In this document: piece by piece, positions 13,848-27,701 of the stretch
Layout of the letters: the number at the start of each line of letters is the position of its first letter
Numbering within the stretch: position 1 is the first letter of the stretch
Made by a program: the position numbers and the translations under genes
Assembly (NCBI RefSeq): GCF_009914755.1
Contig: NC_060926.1
Reading direction: 5' to 3' (one strand)
Source: the human T2T-CHM13v2.0 reference genome, Homo sapiens
Length of the DNA: 64,000 bases
The notes under the pieces: generated by a model
What the model saw: only the letters and a program-made list of their open reading frames with translations
The model's database searches: none
Told to the model about the DNA's origin: nothing

Positions 13848-13945
13848 TATGTGCATGCATGTGAGTACGTGTGCATGTGCACACACATGAGCATACACAC
13901 GCATGCCTACACACACTCATTCACACACACACACCACACACACAT
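13848..13945. repeat. Alternating purine-pyrimidine (TG/CA) low-complexity tract
   Basis: gtgcatgcatgtgagtacgtgtgcatgtgcacacac...cacacacacacac. Confidence 0.8.
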
Positions 13946-15859
13946 CCCTGTTTTGCCCTGCCTTTACCTGAATATTTCCAATCAGAAAGGGACATTTTGA
14001 ATATAGTGGTTATATTAAATCAGCTTGAGTTTGGTAGGTGAGGCTTTGAATTATCTTTGCTAGACCTCTAAGGGGGAGCTGCCAGAGAGGTCACTGTGAC
14101 ACTCTCAGTCTGAGACAATGAAGCCTGGGGAATAAATTTAGTTAGAAATGAGATTAAAGCTTTAGGGAGGTATTGTTTCTTACCAGCATCATTTTTCCCC
14201 TTTCTTGAAGTAGTCAAAGTGATTGCTCAAGACTCAGGTCAGGACACAGGGACATGGAAGGAAATATTCTCAACATTTCAACAGTGGCAGTTTTTAATTG
14301 ATGAAATTATGGACAGATGCTATTCTAATTGAGAAGTACTTTTTCTAACAAATAGAGTTTCTATACTGGCAGGTAGATATCAGATCAATAAGTCTGTGAT
14401 AAGCATACCATTTAAAAGTATGCTATATTGAAAGGAAGCTTATATGTAGACTGACATAAATAAGAGTTTTAGACCTGAAGAAACAAGAAAATCCCAGGTA
14501 GTTTTATACCTGTGTTTTTTTCATATTTACTCATTCTTCATACTCTATACATCAGTGATTATTTTTCTTTTTTTGAGCTATTTTGCATGTTAACATAGTT
14601 GCCAAACTTTGACTCTGAGGAGAGCAGTATTGCTGTCTCCAAAATATTTATATTTGAGGCCTATCTTTTAGACAGTTACATTCTAAAATATGTGTGGTCC
14701 TGCATTTTTCACTTAAAATATCTCTTATTCTGCTCTGTGCAAGGTCATTGAGGATTAAGACAAAGTTTTCTCTACCACCATCAACCTTCATTCTTTTTGG
14801 TGGGTAGATTTTATATTTTGTTTCTCTAAACAAGAGAAAACAGTTATAGTTCCACCTCTTGTGTGCTTCCTCTCCTATGAGTTGTAGGCTCAGTATGTGC
14901 ACATATGCAAGATTTCAAGTGCAAAAGAGAACAGAGTCGGAAACAGATTTTCACAGTTCCCGTCTGGGTCCTTGTGTAAGTGCCAATGTAAAGCTATTCG
15001 GTGATTAGTGAAAAACAGTATAATGTTGCCTGGCTCTAAGGAAACAGCTTTGAAAATCTAAACTTAATAAGCAGATCAATTAGGTGGGGGTTTGGGATTA
15101 TTGTATCACATTCCAATGGCATGCAGTGTTGTCAAAAACTTTTTTCTCCAGAATAAAAATTACAGGAGGCATAGAGTTACCTTTCAAAATGTCAGGAAAG
15201 AGGGTTGGGGAAATTAGTTAGGAATAATGAAAATATATCACGTATATCTCAGGAAGCATATACTGTGAGCATCTGGGTATCTCAGGGTAAGGGGTAAGGG
15301 GTAGGGGAGGAGGAGGTTTACCCTGCATCCATGGAGGTAAATGGATTAAGCTGAATGTCTGGGAAGACGAGGATTGCTGGGTGGAGGTGTGAGGCCCAGG
15401 GCTCGGGGATACCATCAGATTACTTGCTCCTCAAGTTTTGGGAGCTAATAATACCTGTGCTTGCATTTCCCTGCAAAGCAAGGGATACCTTCTGGGATAA
15501 GTCCCGAGGGAATCACTCATAACTATTTCTGCTTCCCTCCCACTTATTTAACATAAATATAGGGCCTAGTTTGGGGTTAAATTCAGATTTTACACATTTA
15601 TGTCTCTGTCACATTTCTTGCCACCAACTTACTGAAGTCTGAAATTTCTTTAACAAGAGGAAGTATTCCATCCCATAGTTAGAAATGTAAGAATTTCAAT
15701 ACCTGTTTGTTTAACACAGCGAATGAGATTAGGCTAAACTTAACAGTAATTGGAAACGTATTCTGTACCTGCTAATAACTAGAAAAAAAACAAAGACAAA
15801 CAAGTAAGCCTTTCTGTTTTCTCTTGAGACGTGGGAATTGTACAGTAATTACAGTGGGA

Positions 15860-16320
15860 TGTAAGTTTCACGAAGGTAGAGATCACCCTGTGTCTTTCTC
15901 AGTTATATTCCGTGCATTTGTCACAGTGCCTGATTCATAACAAAGGATTTTCATTTTTGTAAGTAGATGGACACATGGATGATTCTAGTATCATAAAGAC
16001 TATTTAAAAAGGTGTATACAAGGTAAAATGTTGACCCAGAGGAAGCAGTGAATAATTTTGCCCTGGAAGGATGCAGATAAAGGGAGACTTTCTGCATCCC
16101 TCCAGGAGATGCAGAACTAGACATTTGAACTCGATCATGAGAGATGAAGAGAGGTTTCTCAGAACTTCCAGGATGGTATCCAGCCAGAAGAATAAGTGTG
16201 TGTAAAGGCAAGGTGGGAAATGACATGAATGTTCAGGGAGCTACAAATAATTTCACAATTCTAGGTAGTATGAACCATGGCAGACGAGGATCATATCATG
16301 AATGGCCTTTTTGTGTAAGT
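15860..16320. mobile_element. L2 fragments
   Basis: gtaagtttcacgaaggtagagat...cacagtgcctga resembles the L2 3' end; the purine-rich segment that follows resembles the L2 body. Confidence 0.5.
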
Positions 16321-18394
16321 GACATCTCAGATTTGAGTCAAGACAGCTGCTGCTGGGAACTGGGGAGTGGACATAGAAAAACAAGGACCATAGGAACTTG
16401 TTTCCACCTCACATTTTAAACTGAAGTTAAGCTTGCTTACCTGCAGTCATATTCAGATTTAGATGCTAATTAGGGAACATTTGTTAGTATGGAAGCTACA
16501 GAGCTTGAAGAACTATAACCTATACTGCTCCAATGAGATTTTATATTTTAAACACATATTAAAAGAAAATTTTATCTTTTTAAAGTCACCTTAGAGTCAG
16601 ATGAATGTATAACTGTTTTCTAAAGGAACTATCATTTCATAAATGGAATTTCTGCCTGGTTCCTTTAAATAGTGGCTTCATTTAGGATTTAAAATATTTC
16701 ATTTACACATGGCTTTCCAGAGGCTTCAAGGCACACCTGGATGGGTGAGCGTTTCTCTAAGCCTATGGTAAGAGCAAGCATGACTTGGATTTCTTGTACT
16801 ACCAGATATGTGCCTTTGTGGGGCAGGGTGTTTCCTTGTTAGATATATAAATCAACCAGAAAGATTGGGTCGGATGGGTACTGTGTTATTTTCTTAATTT
16901 AAGGAGAAGATCTATAATGGAAATTTTATTTAGTTTCTTTGGACTGTTTTCATGCATTTAGTTTTATAAAATGTATTCCAATTTTAAGCAAGGAACCCTA
17001 CATTAATAAAAATTGATTTCTTCAGCTTAACTTCAAATATGATTTTAAGCAACCTTAGGATCATGCTGAGTTGAAACTATGGAACCGCTACCCTTCCCAC
17101 TTATAGCTCAACTACTGCTATTGTCATTGTTTTTTTCTTCTACTTTCATTCTATTAATTGTTAGATAAAATAACTCCTTATTTTGCATGTTGAGGTTTAA
17201 CATAAGTTCTCCACTTGATAGAGCATTTAATTTTGGGGGGACGGTTCTTAGCCGATTATATTAGTTCAGTGGTTTTAGAATAAGACGTTTGTGGGGAGGG
17301 GCAGCAGAATCTTCAGTCATTGATTCTCTCTTTATAACTTTGCCCTTTTAGCTGGAACAGATTACTTCTGTAGTGCTGCTAGCCCTGCACAGACTGAATC
17401 ACAAGGAAGAAACTTTGCATAAACCATTTATACTAAATGTTTGGTATGCTGGCAACATAAATCAACAACAATATCCATTACAAATTCATCCCTTTATCAG
17501 TATTATCTTGATAGAACTGATCCCAATGTGTGGGAATTTGAACCCTGCTTCAATACATCTAGCCCTGGATAATTAATTATTCAGGGCACAGAGAACCTGG
17601 CCCCTGCAATGTAGAGTAATTCTTCCTGGTCAGCGTTAACTCCACTGGCAATAATAAATAGAAAAAGTCTCTAGTGATGCCAGTATTTTAAAGTGCTTAA
17701 TCATCTTTCCCCCCTTCTCCTCCCCCTTAGTTTTCTTTAACTAGGATTTTTCAGCAATAAATCTTTAACAATACAGGTAGGAATTGTTCTGTAATTAAAT
17801 TTTGCCCTGCTTAATTTCTTACCTTTTATGTGTGATTAAAAAAAAGTTACATTTTAAGAAGCCCTGATCAAAATTCAAACCAAGAAAAATCCTTTTACAG
17901 AATACTGAGAAATGCTCTATGGAAGATAAAGCTCTTGATTTTGAATATTAGATAGAGCACATACACATAAAAATACTCATAAAAATTGTTCATCAACACC
18001 AGTTGGGGTGTCAAATATTCTAAAGTTTTGAATTGCTTCACTTTCATGCTTACGATTTGTCTGTATTAGGAAAAGCCTGACATATACATATGTTCCAACA
18101 CTGAGAGAATAATTACTTATTTCTTAACTTTCAGATAATTGATGTCAGCTCTGTAGGAAAGGGATATTTTCACTATTTTTATGGTACACGAAATGCACTT
18201 GCTGAAGCGGCAGGTAGATGCCTGGCTGAGAATGACCGTGTATTTTAAATTGTGCCCTGTCAAGCTGCCCAGCCATCATGCATATCCTGGGTGACAGGGA
18301 CAGATGTGACATATCTGTTGTGACACACTTTTGTACCACCAGTCTGTGGCTCGAGGTGACTCCTCTCCCTCCCCTGATGCTTTCCCCGCTGCAG

Positions 18395-18559
18395 GACAAC
18401 ATAACGATGCACGGATGAACCTTGCCATTGCTCTGACTGCTGCCAGGTATGGGGCTGCCACAGCCAATTACATGGAGGTAGTGAGCTTGCTCAAGAAGAC
18501 AGACCCCCAGACAGGGAAAGTGCGTGTGAGCGGCGCACGGTGCAAGGATGTCCTCACAG
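18395..18559 (+). CDS. GPD2: GPD2 coding exon (recalled exon 7), 165 nt, phase 1-1
   Basis: cccgctgcag|GACAAC acceptor and ACAG|gtatgc donor. Encodes (G)QHNDARMNLAIALTAARYGAATANYMEVVSLLKKTDPQTGKVRVSGARCKDVLT(G), recognised as mitochondrial GPDH. Confidence 0.97.
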
Positions 18560-19388
18560 GTATGCCAGGTATCTGGGAGGGAGGTATTTCTTAGTATCTT
18601 GCCTAGCTTATATAATGACTGAATTATAATTTTTCTGTCACTTCTCTTTCATTTATGCCACGCTTCAGAGTCATATTAATTATATTCGTTATTGTCAGCA
18701 ATGACTGGTTTAACGTGAAAATTTCCCTTGTAGGACTTGGCAATTTTTCCCCTTTGTATTATAGTTGTAATAATGATAATGATAATAATAAAATGCCCAC
18801 CAAATTCCCACAGCTATGAATGGATTCCTTTTTCTTTACAAAAACATGTTATTAATAAAATTAAATAAATGTGCCAAGTTTCAAAGTATCATTTGGGTGA
18901 CACAGGCATTGTTACACGTTGTTAAAGTGAATCTTTAACTTTATTTAGATTTTCATTATTGCCCTGGCTCTAGCGCCATATAAGTAGGCAGTTTCCAAAT
19001 TATATCGTTTCTTGAACAAAAGCTCTATGATATACATTTTCTCACAGCAGTGCTGCTCACACATTTGAGTTTTCAGGAGAAAGCGGCTTATTTACTCATT
19101 CTACTTTTTCATGTTTGGTGCTTTGACGCTGGGCACTTATAAGATCGACAGAATCCATAATGAGAAAGTGGAATGCTTTTCTTTCTTCAATTCCGACTTG
19201 TTTTTGGTAAATTCACTCAGATGAGAGCCTTTTGTTTGGCTCTTCAATAACTTGAGCTGCTCAGGTCACTTAGTGTGGTATGCAGTATACTTCACCATGG
19301 GTTAAGTTAATAGATGAATTAGTAATACACAGCATCCGTTAACAGAGAAACAAATGAGGTGTGTGATTGATGCCACTTTCTTTCACAG

Positions 19389-19533
19389 GGCAGGAATTTG
19401 ACGTGAGAGCCAAATGTGTTATCAATGCCACGGGACCTTTCACGGACTCTGTGCGCAAAATGGATGATAAAGACGCAGCAGCTATCTGCCAGCCAAGTGC
19501 TGGTGTCCATATTGTGATGCCTGGTTATTACAG
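19389..19533 (+). CDS. GPD2: GPD2 coding exon (exon 8), 145 nt, phase 1-2
   Basis: tttctttcacag|GGCAGG acceptor and TACAG|gtaatt donor. Encodes QEFDVRAKCVINATGPFTDSVRKMDDKDAAAICQPSAGVHIVMPGYY. Not in the ORF track. Confidence 0.97.
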
Positions 19534-20029
19534 GTAATTGTCTTCCAATGTGGCAGTTGTCACCCAAAAAAGAGGGTCAGCAGAGATTGTCTGGTTTATT
19601 TCTTCTTCTAGCATAGCAATAGATGGTCTAACTTGCTGTTCAAAATCAGGAGAAATAAGTAAAGGAACTCTTCCAAAACACAAAATACAAACCAGACTTG
19701 GGAAGTTTTAGCCACTTATGGCAATACTCGTTTCTAAGGGTTAATGCTTTGGGATCTATTTTTCTTTGTTCAGTGTAGTCACCTTCAGAGACTAAGCATT
19801 GGTATTTTTGAATTAAACTTTTACTTAAGTCATTAGCAAAATTAATTTTGCAAAATTTTTTATAAAGGACGTATTTTAGTTAAAACAATAAGACATGTAT
19901 TTTGCAGAATACCCAAATTTGCTTATGAAGAATCTGAAGATGTGGGCTACCCAAGTATTCTTAGGTTTATAACTTTTGAAATAGATTAAAAAAAATATTG
20001 TAGCAAGCAAAAACCAGATATATCTAATC

Positions 20030-20740
20030 TATCAAATTAACAAAGATAATTGAGGATGAAGAAATGGGCAGGAGTAGAGATAAAATAAGAATAGCTATTA
20101 AATGAAAATCATTTAAGCTGGGTGATGGGTACATGGAGCGTCATTAAACTCTTTTTATATATGTTTGAAATTTTTAATAAATTACAAAAGAAACATTTGT
20201 GTGGTTCTGGCTAAAAAATAATTACCCATAACGTACATTTTAAGGTATTTATAGAAGAAATTCGTATGGCCATGCTAAGGGTGTAGAGCATGTGTACTGT
20301 TTTTATTTCCATATGTGGTAAACCTAGTAGGCAAAGTAGTAATTCTATATGAAATAATGACTTATGTGCAACAGTATTCATTATGGCATTGTTTGTAGTT
20401 GAGAAATATTAGAAGCTACTTCAGTTCCTCACCTTAGGGTAATAGATAAATAAATTATGGCATAACCACACAAGGGCATATTATATAGTCATTAAGAATT
20501 ATAATTATAAATACTTTTAATGCCCTAGGAAAACACTAATGATATAATGTCAATTTAGAGTATAGGACTTGATATTTTATGTGCTGTAGGTTCTAACAAT
20601 GTATATAGAAAAAGACTGGAAGGAAATATGTTAAATGTGAATGGTGATTATTTCTAGGTAATATGATTATGGGTGAGAGTTATTTCTTTCCATGTTTTAA
20701 TAATTTTCCATAAAGGGAATATACAGCTTTTAATATTTGA
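20030..20740 (+). mobile_element. Old L1 (L1ME/L1MC-like) 3' fragments
   Basis: gctgggtgatgggtacatggag; attcattatggcattgtttgtagt...ataaataaattatggcata...aaagactggaaggaaatat. Confidence 0.6.
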
Positions 20741-21681
20741 TAAAGTGGATGTGTAGAACCTATGATATTTTGTTTAATACTTCCATTCTCCTAGAATGCT
20801 ATCCTGCTATGCTATAGATCATGCTGCCTTTTTAGTTGTTGGTTGTCCGGTAACTAAATCTTCCTGAAGAGTCTAAGATGCACCTAATTGGTACCAGATA
20901 CACTTCTGAGAAAATCATTAAAGAGAATTTCTTATCCACCAACTTCCAAGGTTTCCTTTGCGTTTTCAAAATGCGTATGTGAGAGAAATAATAGTCTTTA
21001 GGATTTTTACTTTGGACTGGAGACATCAAGGTGCCTCTTAAGGCACCACTGCATAAGATAATAGAAATGTATGCAGTGGTACCTAATTGAGTTTTTAAAA
21101 CTGTTGACCAGAAGCTTAGTTCAAATGAAAAGGAGAGAAATAAATATATGAAAATGTCCCATATGTTTCTCGTATATAGAGAAGTTTTCAACATTAGTTC
21201 CAGATGCAATTGTATACGCTTTTGTGTTCGATTAAAAATATCTAAGGCCAGCTAGTTTATGAGTTTTTGTTTGTTTGTTTTTAAGTATCTCTAAGAATGG
21301 AGTGTAGATGTAATCATCATACATCTTATATTTGTTTAGCTTTTACTAGATTCAACATATTCTCATGTGTTGTGTGCCTTATGTTTTCTTCACTATCATC
21401 CCATGATGTCAGAAGACAGAGATTATTCCCCACAGACCTTATGTTAATTCTGTCATTAAATAATTAAATAATTTGGGACAAGCCATTTTATTTTGTGAAC
21501 CTTAGTTTTCCGTTCATTAAAATGGGCAAACATTCTGCTCCTTCAGAGTTTAGAGACAAAGAGATTGTTCGCAGAATTAAAGTGATACCTTGCTATAGGA
21601 CTTCTGGGGTTTGTTCATCACTTTTCCTTGGGCTGTGTGGCCTGGGCAAGCTACTTCTTTCAGCTTCTGGTTCCTTATATC

Positions 21682-21974
<293 letters not shown>

Positions 21975-24900
21975 CCTTATGTACTGATAATACCTAACTG
22001 GTATAAGGTTTGACAATGATCCTTGGATTATTTTTTCTCTGTTTTATAGAGTGCTGTATCCCCAGCTATTGGTACGGTGTCTGGCACGTATTAGTGCCCA
22101 GTAAATATTTTTTGAATGAATCCTCCTAAATTTTTTATGTTAACTTGCTTATATTGAGATTGTTCCTTTATTTATATTAAAACTTTAATGTAACATTTAT
22201 GAGATTTTTTAATATAGAGAATTCAAACTATGAAAATAAAACATGATTCTTCAACTTACTGCCCAGCTAACCCCTGTAGACAAAAATAAATAAATAATGT
22301 AAGTACATAACTAGAAATTTCAATCATCATAGAAAAAAATAGAAATATGAAAATGAAAATTGAAAGCCTGACTCTTATTCCCCCTACCTTTTGTTCCCTC
22401 CCCCAGTTCTTCTCTGGTAATTAATAACCTCTTCTTCCAATTCCTTCCTTAAAATCATGTTTTTACAAGCACAAATGTGTATTCTGTTAAAAATTTTGTG
22501 TGAAAGTGGTCATGTTGCATATATTGTTCTATATTATGCTTTATACACTTAGTAACAGAGTAGATTTGGTGTCTTTTAAGAATAAAGGTATATATTACCC
22601 AGAAGTAATATTTTAAAAATTCTGAATCCTAAAAATTCAGCATTAGCTTTAGGTCTCCTGAAGCATGAAGGTGTTAGTTACAGCTAGGTCTGTCTCAGGC
22701 TAAGATGCAGTAAGTGACCTCATTCTATGTTGGGAGAAATTAATATCCCCATTTTTGGCACTGTGAGCTATAACCACTACACATCCTGTTGGAAGCTTTG
22801 AAGGAATGGTCTGCAGCCTAGTTCCCATTCAGGCTCTCTTGCAGATGAGCCCCTTCTCTTTGGATTGTGACCTAGATTAAGGGTTCATTCCCTCATTCAG
22901 GACTGACCTTGAGGCAACTGTACTTCTGGCATCCCATAGGGGTGGTTTTCCTCTTCCTATCAAGTCATTCTCTTGGGTGATATTAGGAGATCCCAAACTG
23001 AAATGACTCTGTGGTATCATCAGTCAATCATACTTAGCAGCTGTCACTCAACAGTTTTGACTAGGTCTTCAGGGATGAACCAAAGCTTCTGGGGCTGCCC
23101 CACAACTGGCTAATGATAATTTAAAACCAGGCATGTTTCAGTTAGAACCTGATCCATTTGGAAATGCAGTGAGTTCAGCAAGCATTGATTTATTGTGTGT
23201 AGGCTGGTAAAGGAAGAGTAAGGAACCATATGTGCAGTGTATCTTCTTGGGCTGTTTTCAGAAGTATCTTTACAGCATTTGTTAATTTTGTTGTAACTTT
23301 AACTAATGTTCCAGTTGTGGAATTATCTTACACCATGATAGCAGCTTTTTAGGGGAAGAGGGGAAGAAGGAAAAATTGTTTTAATTTCGGAAAACACAAC
23401 ACAGAAATTATTTTTAAAGCTGCTCTTTATATTAAGAACAAATCTGGAATTTCCATGAGAGTTATGGGTAGATGCTCTTCCAAAAGCAATGATAATACAC
23501 CAAACGACTGAAATACATGAAAATAATCATCTCTGTTTAGCCTACTGGTGCTTTTTACTACTGACAAGAGGTCAATTTTTTTCCTATAATGTGTGTACAT
23601 ACTGTTAGCTCTAACACTGATTGCTAAGTAGTTAACAATAAATTGATTTCAGTTTAACTAAGGGCACTTCAGGAAAGTGATGGTCTGCATGAGAAAAATA
23701 TTCATTACATTTAATCCTAGACACACACATAAATTAGCAGCAAGCTTTTCCTCCTGATGTCAAATGAATCATATATATTGAAAAAAGACCTATGCCTTGT
23801 TGCATTGCGTATACTATCGCTATAGTTGATATCCATTCTCAAACTTTAGTGTGAACTTGCAAAATTGATCCTTCATGAGAAAACAGACTTTTCCCGAAGG
23901 GAAAATATGAATTAGGTAATTTAGAACTGATGAAAGATATTTCCAAGTGGATTCTTAAATTTTTATACCATTCGTTAATAGCTTTGTCTTCCCTCTGTGC
24001 TTGTTAATTTTATGTTTGTCACATATGTCTTCACTTAAGCAGTTGATTCTCTACAGGTTCCAGTTACATGTGTGTTGGTAACCATCATGTTCACCTTTTA
24101 AACTACTTTATTGCATTGCAAGTTTTTAAAAGATTCAGTAGTTGTGCATTTCTAATGGTATTTCCTTTTTAGGTTGATGAATATTATAATTTTATGATTA
24201 AATTTATCATGTTTATTATTTTAGACACATCATATGATGTCTAGTCCTTGATATAGTCATATAAAACATGTCAGCATATAATTCGTTTATCAATTGTTAG
24301 AATATAGAATTTTTTTGTTTCAATATACTTCTGTTTATCAAATAGAATGAACTCTGAGTGTTCTAATCTCATTTCTAATCTCAAAGTGACTGATGTAATC
24401 TAAGGACATATCAATCCAGGATCAAAAAATATACTTAGAAAACATGTGACTAGTTTCTTCTGAGATTTTTAGATAGTTTTATGATAAATACAAAGAAAAA
24501 ATAATCATATTTAGAGAACAAAAATACTTGTTATTTGTAGTTTTCAATACATTAGAGTAAAAGTAAAATTATTTTCTCTAAGTAACCCTGAGTGAAGGTG
24601 GGACTCTGAGCTGAGGTTTAAATGATTGCAGACTTCCAGGGTGCTTTTTGGATTAGCTAAGTAGAAGAACTTCTACCTACTCTCTCCGATGTGTCTCAGA
24701 TAGGCTGTGAACAGTGACTTCTTTCTGCTAAGGCTGAGTAGACATGGCAAGCGTTTCATGCGGCTGAGGGTTTTTTGAAGAGAAAGACTCACTCCTTGTG
24801 GTTTAAATAAAGAAGATACATTAGTTAAGCTGCCTATATGTTTCTTTTTTTATATAAAATATTATCATTATTTTTTACACAGTTGTTACCCTCTCATTTT

Positions 24901-26175
24901 TACACATTGGGATAAATCATTTTTTAAAACATGTTAAGGGAATGATGATAAAGATAAAAATCTGACTGTGTGTCTTTTTAAATTTTTGTGTAAGAGGAGT
25001 TTCTTGAAATTTGTTCAAACCAAATAGAATTACGTTTCCATATTAAAAAATAACATTAATAGAAGCTAAAAACATATTTATAGAAAATACTAGTAACACT
25101 GGCTTGATACAAGAATCCAGTCAAATAGAAGCAGCTATCTGAAGATTTGTAGTGTTCTACTTGAATAGGACACTTTAAGATTCCTCTCACTCTTTTAACA
25201 ACATCTCCAAATTTCTTTGAATGGCTAAGGAATGAAATAAAACATCAGCTTTTAGTGATTTAAAAACAAAATGATGGGTTTTGTTAATGTTTGTTTACAG
25301 TTGTCTCTTCTTTCAAATATGTTTTATTATTTGATTTTAGAATAGTAAATATCAGTAAATATTTTTGACTATCGTTTTGGGAGATTTTATGTAGTCTTTC
25401 AGTAGAGGCAGCATTGTACCTTGATTTAACATAGTACACTACTAGTGTCTTTTATGTAAAAGATTTTCATTGCTAAAGTGTTCCTCTCCTGTTTGACCTT
25501 ATCCTAGGACATTACTATTTAGGGAGTAGTAAAACATGGAGCTCTTTTCTTCTAGATGTACATTTTGAGATTTTTGTAACCTCGAAATAAAGTAGGAAAT
25601 CTCATATTTGGTGAAGTGGCACAAGTTCATCTAGGCATAAAGTAGTAAAGAACTTTGTGATTACATTTTAGTTTCTAGAAAGGTAGACCCTTCACTTTCT
25701 TATGTACTCCTGAGAATTTCTACTGAGCGATGAAATGTCAAATGTCTCAGGAAAATACTTTGGCTATTCTTGAAAAAAGGCTGAAGACATATCCTTAATT
25801 TACCATTATAAAGGAAAGTATAGACATTTATCCTGCTGACATTATCTGATGTGAATGGTCCAAGGAGTATGAAACTCAAACAGTAGGAAGTTGAAGCCCA
25901 CTTTCTTAATTAGCCTTGCATTGTTGAAGTGGGGAGGGAAGGGGTAGCTCTGCTGTGGAATATTGTTATCATCACATTTGTTTCATTCTGTTTTGTTATC
26001 TAAGTTATTTTTTTCTTTTAGGAGTTTCTAGATTAGGGTAGGGGAAGTGCAAGTAATAGTTCATATCTTTCTTGTTTGCATATTTGAGAATTAATGAATA
26101 AATAGTTTTTCGAATGCAGATTAATGTTAAACTTCTGGGATTTTCAGAAATAAATAATCCTTCTTTGTATCTCAG

Positions 26176-26369
26176 CCCAGAGAGCATGGGACTTCTTGAC
26201 CCAGCGACCAGTGATGGGCGAGTTATTTTCTTCTTACCCTGGCAAAAGATGACGATCGCTGGCACTACTGATACTCCAACTGATGTTACACACCATCCAA
26301 TTCCTTCAGAAGAAGATATCAACTTCATTTTGAATGAAGTGCGTAATTACCTGAGTTGTGATGTTGAAG
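26176..26369 (+). CDS. GPD2: GPD2 coding exon (exon 9), 194 nt, phase 2-1
   Basis: tctcag|CCCAGA acceptor and GAAG|gtaact donor. Encodes PESMGLLDPATSDGRVIFFLPWQKMTIAGTTDTPTDVTHHPIPSEEDINFILNEVRNYLSCDVE, with the GlpD-type DGR..F..PW and GTTD motifs. Confidence 0.97.
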
Positions 26370-27289
26370 GTAACTAAGCATTCCTTTAAGTTTGTCTCTC
26401 TGTGTCCATATCTCCCAAGCCATTCCAGCTCTCACTGGATAAATGCTATGTCTCCAGTCTGACTCATCTTCACACTTGTCCTCTTGTGCCTCTTAGAACA
26501 TTTATGAGGGCCAAATTTTAACATAATGGGGAGAAATTGCCTTTTCTCCTCTACTTTCTATACCCACATGAAACTTATGCAGTCCTCTTCTGATAATTCC
26601 TAATGGCAAGATCAGAGTAGCCCCTCTAGCTCTGAACACTCATGTGCTTCCAGAAAACGATGAAATGTGTACATCACAGTTTAATTTCTGCAGCTTAGGA
26701 ATGTCTAATTTACAGATGCAGGATATCAATAGGAAATAATTAAGCAAATAAACGAGAGGCTGGAACTGTATTTGTAAGATGCTTAATAGTCTGTTACTAC
26801 ATGGAAAGTATAATGTTGACCAGTGGGCTTAGCAAAGAAGGATAAGTTACTTATTTTAATGGAAAAAGCCAAAGTTTACTTCCTTCCTATTCTTACTGGG
26901 GCATTTCAACTTGACTGTCAGAGCATTTTCCTTGGTGATTTATATAGTTTTTTGTTTTTTTCATTCAGGCCAGTCTCAGAAGTTCCCCAACATTGTGCTT
27001 CTATATTTCCTCTCTCAGTTGAGTCTCACCATGCATCTAGTCACTCAAATTAGAAATGGTGTGCTTATTTTTGGTATCCTTTCTCTTTCCATATCCAGTC
27101 TAATGCCTATCTATGCTTATTCTGAATACCAGGCAGGTCCATCAGCCACTTCATTGCCCTGGTTCACATCTGTGCCATTTCTCACTTGAACAGTTGCATT
27201 GGCCCCACAATGGCCTCTTTAGGTCAGGTCTCTATCCCTCTCCAGTCTAATCCTTCTACCAGAATTTTCTTTCTAAAACACAATTCTGA

Positions 27290-27701
<412 letters not shown>

